From the NCBI GenBank assembly GCA_964016885.1, contig OZ024741.1:131936001-132000000 (forward strand): a stretch of 64,000 bases of DNA, written 5' to 3'. A program made the translations under genes and the position numbers. Below are positions 42,136 through 52,855 of the stretch, in pieces (positions within the stretch are counted from its first letter, which is position 1; every line of letters begins with the position of its first letter). The stretch is from Eledone cirrhosa. Taxonomy: Eukaryota. Below the pieces are notes generated by a model. It was not told the origin of the DNA, made no database searches, and saw only the letters and a program-made list of their open reading frames with translations.

Positions 42136-45100
42136 TTTCATTCTTAAGCCACGCAATGCTCACATTAAGGAACCACTCATGATAATAACAATTTAAAAAA
42201 ACAACAAAAAGAAAACCCCGTGACCAAGAAATACCGGGATGGCGGCCGGCGGGGAATAGCCGTGTCTCTAGGGGAGAACGACCCCTCTAGTCTTGGTTGA
42301 CACTCGTTCTAGAAGTGGTAACACGAAATGATTACCCCTTGGCGGATAAAGATAAAACGCGACAAAATAAAGTAAATGTCTAATGATAAAATCTCATACC
42401 GGATCGGACGTCACCCGGGTAAAAAAGAGCCGCGTCCCTCAGAGAGGAACCAGACTGGGGTCGAAAAATCAGCTAATGGTTCAAACCTTCCCATCACTTT
42501 GGAGCTGGAGACCTCCCATAACCGGAATACTCCTACTGTTGGCCCTCCATGCTCACCACCAAGAAATCCAAAGAAAAAGAGAGAAAAATGGTCAAGGGAA
42601 GATAATAAAGAAGTCCTTGAGGCTTTTTACACTGCCATGTACTACCCATCAAATACATCGAATACAGAACAGACATATATCAACTGGAAAAAGAAACATC
42701 CCGAAAACAGAGGCTATATTGACAGTAACAAACTAGCCAATATACGAAGAAATATTGTAAGAAAAAAGTTACTAACTGATATAGAAATTGATCAGATCAA
42801 GCTATTAGCACAAAGTAAGCGAAGGGAAAATGAAACATGTGTCAGTGAAAACGAATCCCAGGTTGGGGCGGAATCACTAGCAACAGAACAAATTAAAGAA
42901 AGGGTCGAAAAAGTGGAGGGAGTGCATGCTCAGGATGAAACTCCAAATGAAAATAATGAGATCGTAAATGATAAAGAAATGAATGAGAATGAACTTGCCA
43001 ACTTGAAGGATGAAATTATGATCGAATGGATGAAAATGAAAGAATCTGACATGGGGCAACGAGACACCCTCCCTAAGATCCAGAACTCCAAACAGAACCA
43101 AAAGATAATACACAAGACTAACATAATTCTCAAAAACATTATCATCACAAACAAACTAAACATTACTGATTTAAATCATCTCTATTATGCATCGGCTAAA
43201 GTCACCACTCACTTATGTGGAGTGAAGATGAAAAAACAAAGGAATTCCCACAAGAAATCTACTTGGCAAGAGAACATCAATCGCCAAATAAACCTTCTCC
43301 GATCTGACATAGAAATTTTAACAAACTATAAAGTAGGTGAACATGTTAAACAAACTAAACTTAGAAAATTGAAAAAAAAGTACAGTATAAAATCAACATG
43401 TGACATAGACATGCTGATAGAAATAATCAAGCAAAAAGTGTCGGCCAAAGCTGCTCGTATAAGGCACTTTGAAAAACGATCTAGATTCTATAAGGACAAT
43501 AATATGTTCAAAAACAACCAAAGAAACTTCTACAGAAAAATTGGTAAGTCAACAATAATGCTAAATCAATACCACCCAAGGAGGAAGTGCAAGAATTCTG
43601 GGAAAAGATCTGGGCCGAAGAAAAAGTTCATAACATACATGCCCCATGGATAGACAGACAAATGAAAGATACAGCTCACCTTGAGGAACAAATATGGGAA
43701 AATATAACAGTTGAACAGTTGCGCTTGGCTCTAAGAAAAACCAGCAAATGGAAATCCCCAGGAAAAGACAAAATACAAAACTTTTGGATAAATGCCTTCA
43801 CAGAGTCTCATGAGCTGTTAGCCCAACTTTACAATGAAATAGTTAAGGAGCCAGAAAAGATACCATCATGGCTAGTTAACGGCATTACATTCCTGCTTCC
43901 GAAGAATGATGAGACGAACAATCCCAAAAATTACAGACCGATAACTTGCTTGACCACAATGTATAAAATTTTAACATCAGTCTTAACTGAATACACATAT
44001 GATCACCTGATAACAAATGACCTATTTCCCATTGAGCAGAAAGGGTGTAAACGAGGCTCATATGGCTGTAAGGATCAGCTTCTGGTTAACAAAATGATAC
44101 TGGAAGATTGTCATAATAGACACAAAAATCTATCGATTGCTTGGATAGATTATAAAAAAGCATTCGATAGTTTGCCACACAGTTGGATTGAAACATGTTT
44201 AGAGATTTTCAAAATATCCCCCGTTGTCAGGAGGTTTTTGTCATTCAGTATGAAGACATGGAAAACGACACTCCTTTTGAATAGTGAAACAAAATCACTG
44301 GAAGCTGGAGAAGTTAATATTAATTGTGGAATTTTTCAGGGTGACTCTTTATCACCGCTTTTATTCTGCATCGCACTTATACCATTAAGTAAAATGCTCT
44401 ATGAAACAAAACATGGATATAAAGTCTATGACAAAACCATTAATCACTTGTTCTACATGGATGACCTGAAACTATTTGCAAAAAATGATGAACAATTGCA
44501 AGGGCTATTATCCACTGTGGAGCAGTTCAGTGATGACATTAAAATGGAGTTTGGACTAGATAAATGCGCCAAAGCAACGTTCACCAGAGGAAAGCTGCTG
44601 AAGAGTTCAGACATTAATCTTGATTGGGGGAACGTGATAAGAGAACTTGATCAAGAAAAAACTTACAAATATCTAGGTGTTTGTGAAGGAGACGGAATCA
44701 AGCACTCGACAATGAGAGAAAGGATAAGGAAAGAATGTTACCGCAGAGTAAGAGCAATCTTAAGAACGGAATTGAATGCAAGGAATAGGATCGATGCCAT
44801 AAACACGCTTGCCATACCAGTAGTAACCTACAGTTACAATGTCATCAACTGGTCAAGCACAGAGATCCGTAGGCTCGATACAAAAATTCGAACATTCTTA
44901 ACCATGCACAGAATGCATCACCCTAAGGCAGATATAGATAGAATATATCTCCCTAGGAAAGAAGGAGGACGTGGGTTAATCCAGTTAGACATTGCGTTGA
45001 AAACTGCAACAATTGGATTATCTACATATCTAAGGGAATCACATGATTGGATGATCAAACTCGTTTTGAAACACGAAAGCATCAAAAGATCATATTCCAT

Positions 45101-46147
45101 TACAAAAGATGCACAAAGATACAGTAATGGACTACAAATTTCAGAAGTCCCATTTACTGCTGAAATGGAAAACACAGAAAAAGCAAAGCAGGTAAATGTA
45201 ACTGCAAAGAAAGAACTGCTACAGAAACTGGCTAAGAAATGGCAAGAAAAGCCTCTGTATGGAAAATACCCAGAGCGAGCTAACAATCCTGATGTTGACA
45301 AAACTTTAACCCATCAGTGGTTGGCATCCTCTGGACTGAAATCGGAGACTGAAGGCCTGATTATATCAGCACAAGATCAGTGTCTGCCAACAAAAAATTA
45401 CCAAGCCAACATAATAAAAAATGGATGCAGCCCATTATACCGTGTATGTAAAAAACAACCAGAGACCATTGACCATATAATTTCAATGTGCAGTCCTATA
45501 GCTCCAACCGAATACCTAAACTGGCATGACAGAGCTGCACAATACATACATTGGATAATGTGTAAGCATTTTGACCTGCCCCATCAAAAGAATTGGTGGG
45601 AGCATCAACCACCTCCCATACTTGAAAAAGATCACATCTCAATCTTGTGGAACTTTAGCATCCAAACAGACCGAAAAATAGATGCAAATAGACCTGATAT
45701 AATATTGAAGTACTTTAAAAAGAGGGTATGCCTGCTAATTGATATGTCTGTTCCAATAGACAAGAATGTATCTATAAAAACATTTGAAAAATTGAGCAAG
45801 TATAAGGACCTGGAGATAGAAATTGGAAAAATGTGGAAATTGAGAACTAAAACAATACCAGTGGTTGTAGGCGCTCTGGGAATGATACCTAAGGGGTCTA
45901 ATGATTACTCATCGCAAATCCCAGGAAACCCGCGTATAGGAGAAATACAAAAGATAGTACTAATGGGAACTGCCCATATACTAAGGAAGATTCTGTCAAT
46001 ATAAGTACATCACAAGTCTAAACACTAAAGATGCATGTGTGAGTATGTATGTTCTTTCTTGAACATGGCGGACCTTGTTGTCTCTTGAGGTCACTGGTTG
46101 TGACTTGGTGATAACTCGTATGAACATAAAGCAAGATAAATGCAACT

Positions 46148-46148
<1 letters not shown>
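42136..46148 (+). mobile_element. Near full-length R4/Dong-clade non-LTR retrotransposon (5' boundary approximate)
   Basis: Single long RT plus RLE reading frame, followed by 3' UTR and (TAA)n. Confidence 0.92.
42376..46004 (+). pseudogene. Dong/R4 ORF (RT and restriction-like endonuclease) split by a 1-nt frameshift near 43558
   Basis: KW(S)REDN N-terminal motif, WKSPGKD, YRPITCL, IDYKKAFDS, GIFQGDSLSP, YMDD, GGRGL, PD..D..K. Restoring one A in acaata(a)atgct joins the two ORFs. Confidence 0.92.
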
Positions 46149-46239
<91 letters not shown>

Positions 46240-46318
46240 AAGAAGAAGAAGAAGAAGAAGAAGAAGAAGAAGAAGAAGAAGAAGAAGAAGAAGAAGAAGA
46301 AGAAGAAGAAGAAGAAGC
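46149..46318. repeat. (AAT)n followed by (AAG)n microsatellite
   Basis: Directly visible. Confidence 0.98.
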
Positions 46319-46414
46319 GAAAGTAATAATGACATGAACGATGTATGAGGAATTGGTAGCGAGATTTGAAGCAAGAGCATAAGAAAAGAGGAAGGAGGAG
46401 GTGAACTTTGTCAT

Positions 46415-47590
46415 GGATTGATCTGTTTGGATTGGCGCATGTTTGTGCTTCCTCTACCAGACCAGTGATATAAGCGCCAACATCTTTGCTAACACCCTGG
46501 TCAAATTTTCAAACTGTATTTAGAGGATTAATGGACCTAAATCTATAATATAGCCCCTCTAGTTAAGATCCTTTCTCAGTCGTGCAGCTGTTACAGCTCA
46601 CTGTACTGAGAAATTTGCCGTTCTGCTGCCAGTTGTAGTAGACATCTACGAAGAGATCAATGCATGTATACATATAGCTCGTAAGGGATACCACTAAAAA
46701 CCTTTTTTTTCAGCTAGTCATCGCCTTCCGTATTCCAGCGCATGTTATCGGCTTTTCACAACACCCTATCTCCGTTGATGAGAACCGTGGCAAACCATCG
46801 AGGTAGGCACTGAAGTCCATCCCGCACACCGCCGCTCGAGAAGAGTTAAACGAATTGTTGAGGAAAAGCCGCAAACATCTGTTTAAAATCGAGTAACATT
46901 CGCTAGTCATAGTCCACAAAAACCAGATTGTGGCTTTGTTACCACGCCGGGCCTCTGTCACTCGGACCCATTGAATGTCTTTCGATTCATCGTGTTTCAG
47001 AGAACGCTCCCGAGCGCTGACAGCACAGCCTTCACTCTCTGCGTTGGCGAATCGAGATTCAATCTCGCCAAAGCACGTCGGATGCGAAGCCTGTCTTAAG
47101 GGCCTCGTCTCGCTTTCTAACTAGCTCTCCCTGAAGTCTAGTTTTCTCTGTCACTTCACCTTTACTAAATCTTATCGATTTTATTCTAATCGCCATTTTA
47201 AGGGCTAAACACCCTTTGTTGTTGATGACAGTCCCCGCCAATGCCCACTTAACTAATTCACTAATCCGGTCTCTGTAAGCTTAACGCTTCCAGTAATCGG
47301 TTTCCTGTCTATGAAACCTATCTGTCAACAGTACAACTTACAAATTCGTGGTCTGTTTAATCACCTGTAAACAATCTATGTTAGCCTTATTTATTTCCCT
47401 AAAAAATACCTTATCTCGATATGATCAGGATGACCCGATGCGATTTGATTATTGGGAAATGCAAGCAGTACAAGAAGGTTACATACATCTAAGCAGGTTT
47501 GTGAGGTTTTTACACTTTTCTCCCTTATTTGCTCGCCCTACAAATTGCCTACATTGCACATCACGTCAAATTTTTGCGGACAACGAAACC
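46415..47590 (-). mobile_element. Old degenerate Tx1 ORF2 fragment (EN end to RT start)
   Basis: EARRGNKATI, DFSAYLDGLPR, CEKPIT, AGTVINNK are homologous to A ORF2, with many stops. Confidence 0.85.
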
Positions 47591-47876
47591 TCCCATACAT
47601 AGGAACATCAATTCTAGTACTTCTTAAGACGCTGAAATAGTAAATAGTATCGCCAGGTCTAGTGGACCTTTGGAAGTTCCTCTTCAAAGTGAAATAGATT
47701 GTTAATATATACCTTCACATATATTTGGCTAGGCGGAAGTGTACTTACATTCCATTCTCTCTTTCTCTCTCATTCTCCCCCCTCGCTCTCTCTCACTCAC
47801 TCTCTCACTCTCTCCTTATCTATCTCTATCTCCCTCTCACGCACGCACACACACTCTCTCTTTATATACATATACA

Positions 47877-47932
<56 letters not shown>

Positions 47933-48109
47933 CACACATATATATATACATATATGTATATATATATATCGTTTCTGAATTTGTTTAGCAAGATTCTTTA
48001 TCTGAAAACGTGTGTTGAAACCGATATTGTTATACTATGGGAGGGTCATGTTGCCAATAAGAAACGCACGCACCAGTTGCTTTCACTCCAATTTATTATA
48101 AATTAAAAA

Positions 48110-49705
48110 ATTTTTTAAAATTTTATTTTTTTTATTTTTATAAATTTCCGGTTGGTTGGTTGGTTGGTTCCACAACCGGACGGTTGTTCATATATTGTCA
48201 AAGTTCTTTCGTCACACATTCTGTGACCTCTTCAGTGACTAGGGATTCTTTTCTTTGTTTTGTGCCTCTCCTTGGTTCTGTCCTACGCCATCTTGTTTTT
48301 GTGTGTGTTGTGTGCTTAGTTTGCGCATGTGTTACATCCGGGTGTCTGTGTGTGTTTTTATTTGTTTATTTATTTGTTTATTTACATGTTACTGGTTGGT
48401 TGTTTGTTCTATGTGTGTGTGTTTTCATTTTGTCCTTAATTGTAAGTTGTGATGTTGCTATTCCATTCATGTTTTCTATTTAAATTTGGTTGGAGTTCAT
48501 TTATGTTTATTGCCTCTGTGATTTGTCTAAACATTGCGTCTTTTCTGTGTGTAGATTTTATTTTTATTTCTGTGTTCTCTAATTTGCCCTTATGTTCTAT
48601 TTTAGCATGTTGGTGGAGTATTGATGATTCTTTTCTATCTTGAAGCTCTCATCGGTGTTCATTTAACCGTTCTCCTATACTACGAGCTGTCTCACCTATG
48701 TACACTATATTCTTATCTTTACATTGTCCTTCAGTACATCTTATGCTATATACTATGTTTCTAGTTTTACAGTTAATATGGGGGCCTTAGTTTACAGATT
48801 ATGCATTTCTTATCTATGTAAGGGGGTCTTTGAAAAGGGTAGTTATTACTAATAAGTGTTTTTATGGAGGTACCTGGTCTTTCTACTATCTTAATATTAA
48901 GTTTAAGTTTATCTAGGGCCCTTCTAAATGTGTAAGCTAATTCACCTCTAGGGGTTGTATTGATAAACATTATATTCTGGTATTTATTGCTATCATACCA
49001 TGAGTTTATTCTATTAACCTTATTCCTAGTTCTTTCTATTCTATTCCAAAATTTGCTCCTATACAAGGGGCAGGTCCCATTTGTATCATTATTTCCCATT
49101 TTTTCCCCATTTGGTTCTGGCTCCTCTATATACTCTGATTTTATCTCTCTGATTGTAACCAGAGAACTGCATACGGTGGATGAAGTGTTGTATGTGTCTC
49201 TCTAGTTCTTCGGGGTTGCATATGCGGGACAGGTTTCTCATCACCCGTACTACATCCGCAATCAGTATGTTGATTTTTGTGTGATCCGAAACAGCTGTGT
49301 TTCGGTGGATCAGATATTTGGAAGTCATGGGTTTGGCATAATGGGAATGGAGGATTTGTTTTTTCTTATTAATGGTTTCTAACCAGTGCTCTGTGTCTAG
49401 TACAGGTAATCGGTGGTTGGGTTGTTTGCTTGGCTAGTCTATAGTAACTCTAATACTCTGGTGGATGGAGTTAGCTATTTTCTGGATGCTTTCCATGGTG
49501 TTTTTCTCTAATTCCTAACTGTTCTCTAGTGGGGGGGGGGTTTTACTACGATGTTTATATCATCAACGTAGCGAGAGTACATTATCAGGGTTAAGAGGTT
49601 GCTGTCTTCTAATTGTTCTTTAAGTTTATTGTCCCACCATACCATGAATAGGTTAGCTATGTCACCTGCAATGCTAACACCAATGGCTGCTCCCTGCTCT
49701 TGGAT
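48110..49705 (-). mobile_element. Penelope-like element relic: RT C-half, GIY-YIG endonuclease and 3' region with hammerhead
   Basis: QGAAIGVSIAGDIANLFM...YSRYVDDI. Manual translation near 48775-48650 gives CKTRNIVYSIRC...NIVYIGETARSIGERLNEH. Confidence 0.9.
48197..48239 (-). ncRNA. Minimal hammerhead ribozyme of the Penelope element
   Basis: GTCA-CTGAAGA-g-GTCACA gaatg TGTGAC-GAAA-gaac-TT-TGAC. Perfect stems I and II, vestigial stem III, sense to the element. Confidence 0.82.
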
Positions 49706-49719
49706 AGAATGGAGACCCA

Positions 49720-52700
49720 GCAACTGGGAGAAACATCTGCAAATGGCTTTCCGCAATCCCGGTTCCAACGTGATGCCCTGCAACAACTCCAACTTCCGCA
49801 GCAGTGGCTCTAGAGTCATTACATACAGAGGGAGGAGAGAGGGCACCCTTGTCGGATGGACCGCGCGATTTCGAACGGCTCCGAGAGGTAGCCATTCACC
49901 TTGACCCTAGAGCAGATGCGGCTACTGTGCATGGCATTGATCCAGCCCCTGAAAACGGGTGCGAAGCCTGCCGCCGCTAGCACCGCATCCAGGTAACCAT
50001 GGTCGACCCTATCGAACGCTTTAGATTGATCCAAGTTGATCAGGGCTCCACCAAAGCCGGGTTCGTTCCCTCTCTATGATGTATCGCATGAGGTGGAGGT
50101 TGTCGTGGATGGACCTGGACGGGATAGCACATGTCTGCGCATCTCCCACCAGGTTGCCCACGACAAGCGCCAACCTCTTTGCTAGCACCTTGGCCAAAAT
50201 CTGTAACTCTGTATTTAGCAGAGTTATGGGCCTGAAATTATTATATCGTCCCCTTGTTCTCGTCCTTCCTCACTAGCGTGACTACGCCCTTGGTAACAAC
50301 ACAGGAAATTCTCCCGTTCTGTTGCCAGTTGCAGTAGACCGCCTCGAGGAGATCGGGGAGCAAGTCCGGCATAGCTAGATATAGTTCGTAAGGAAGACCA
50401 TCGAGACCCGGGGATTTGCGTTTGCCGCATTGGCTCAGCACGTCCTCTCTCTCAGCGGCTGAAATTGGCTCCTCGCAGGACTTCGCCTCCCTCTCCGAGA
50501 GATGCGGCAGGCCGTCGAGGTATGGACCGAAGTCCACTTCCCCAACCGGCTCCCCGCCCCTTCCGAACAATCTGGCAAAGTGCTTTTGAAAGCCTCGCAC
50601 ATCTGCTTAGGCTCAAGGATCACCCGTCCATCCTGGTCTCGCAAAGACCGGATAGTGGATCTACTCTCTCTTTTGGCTTCTGTCACGCGGGCCCAGCTAA
50701 CAGCTTTTGTCCCCTCGTTACCCAGAGCACGTATTTTGCTTCGGACGATGCAGCCTTGGTGTTTCGCGTCGAAGAAATGGCCCAGGGCCGTTCTCGACGC
50801 TAGCACACTGGCCACGTCGCCGCTTCTGATTGCCTCTTCTACACTGTCTACCAACTCCCTTTCCTTCCTATTTCTATTTGAGGCTAACTCCTTACTAAAT
50901 TCTATAGAGATTACTCTAATCTCTCTTTTGAGAGATCCCCACCACCTGCTGTTGACGATGGCGCCCGTCAACCGCTCCTTAACTAAAGTGCTAATCCGGT
51001 CCCTGTAAGACTTACTTGCCGGTAAGGACAAGTTGAGCTTCCAGTAACCGGGTCCCTGTCTATGCGTTCTGTCAAGGTTGACCATGCAGGTCACTAACTT
51101 GTGGTCTGAATAGCCAACCATGCGCATTTTTTGACAACTTAAAAAGTCCTTATCCTTATTTCTAACTAAGAACCTATCTAGGTACGACCTAGATGATCCG
51201 CTACGGTTTGCCCAAGTCCATGTTGGCGCAGTCGGAAAATCTAGTCGATATCTATCGGCCAGGTCAGATCGAGCGATTAACCCTTTGAGGCTATTACACC
51301 CCCTCTCTATCGGGACAGGTCCCTACGTAGTCCCAACGTGCATCTAGGATACCATTCCAGTCCCCCACTAATAGCAAGGAGTGGGACGTCCCTAGAAAAG
51401 TATCCAGACGATGGAAGAAGTCCGGCCGCATTGACCCGAAAGGGCCGTAGACGGCTACCAACCTAAACGCTCCGCCTTCACCACTGCCAAGGTCCAGAAC
51501 CACTAGTCGACCCTCCGGGTCCAAATGTTCCGTCTGTGTTGCGAGACCCAGATGTTTTTGCAGCAGAACGACAACCCCACCCCCACCACCGGGCTGACAG
51601 AGAGATGCGTGCATCTCAAAGTCATGCTGATCCGGGCCTCGCAAATAACCATCACATCTATACGTTGTGACCTGAGGTCATTTAGAAGCATTTCTTGCTT
51701 CCAAGTTGAGCCCAGGCCACGCGCATTTAGACAGCCTACTCTTAGCATAGCCATGTTGGTAGTGAAGAGAAAAGGCACTTACCTCTCTGCGTCCCGGGTA
51801 ATGGGCTGCACAATTTCCATGAGGGTGGGGGATGGGTTGTTGGGTGGGGTGGTGGTTTGTGGAAGTGTAGGGGCATCAGTGTGTTGTGTGGTTGGGGTGT
51901 TTGTAGTTGTGTGGGTGTTTGGGGAGGGGGTGGGGAAGTTTTTTTCGGAGGACGCGGTTAATAGGCCCGACGCAGGGGGGGGGGGGCATGTCCTCTTTAA
52001 AGTTGTTTTTTAGTGTTTTATATGTGTCCTCTGGGGCCTTAATCATTTTGAGGTGGGGGAAAAAGCCTGCCTGGGTGAATTTAGGCCCTTGGGTTTTTAC
52101 TAAATTGTTGTTGTACACAATGTTTAGCAGTTTTTTTTATTTCTTGTGTTTATGTATGTGTATGCATGTTTTTGTTTTTGTGTGGTGTTTTTTGTTTGCT
52201 GTTGTTGTGTGCTCTTTTGTGTTGGTGTCTGTGTTATGTTTTGGGGTGGGGTTGTTTTCATTTGTGTGTCTGAGGTGTGTTTTCTTTTTTTTTCTTTTGA
52301 TTGTGTGGAAGTGCTCCTCCTCGTCTGACGACGAACGAGGGTCATCTCCCGCGTTGGAGGGGAGGGGTATATTATCGGGTTGTGTTGCGGTGCAGGTGTT
52401 TTGGAAATTTTTTTTTAGTGGGGGGGGGGTTGGACAGTGTTTTGTTTTGGTTTGAGCTGTTGTTGTTTTTGTAGTGGTGGTTGTTGTGATTGTGTTGGTT
52501 GTGCAGTTGTTGGTGGTGTAGGCAGGATTGGGGTTTTCTTTTTAAGTTGAGGACAGACAGCCCTCAGGTGACCTCTAGCACCACAGAGGTAACACGAGGG
52601 CCGCCTACCCTCAACGGTAATGTTGATAAAAGTTTGATCATCCAGTATGACGCGTTAAGGGATCTGGGCGATCCTTTCGGGCCTCATTTGAACTACAAGT

Positions 52701-52855
52701 TCGAGGCCTGTTCAACTGAACGCGTCACCCGATGCCTTTCCCATGGATATTAGTGTCATCGTCTAGGTCCAGGAAACCTGTCAATACCTACCATATGTCC
52801 ATAATCGGAAGGATGGTGTGAATTTTTATTTTTTGTGTCTTTCTACCCATCAACT
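49720..52855 (-). mobile_element. Divergent Tx1 subfamily C: partial ORF1 and ORF2 up to the YADD region, degraded
   Basis: Knuckle CYLCGARGHLRAVC; MAMLRVGCLNARGLG, GDWNG, SDHK, KSPGLDG, DQSKAFD, RQGCPLS. Confidence 0.9.

Noticed and set aside
43550-43600. Programmed frameshift in the Dong ORF
   Set aside because: There is no slippery heptamer, and R4-clade elements have one ORF. A 1-nt deletion or sequencing error explains it.
18093-46210. CRISPR-like or telomeric array
   Set aside because: The spacers are LINE bodies and the repeats are plain (AAT)n. There are no cas genes or TTAGGG tracts.
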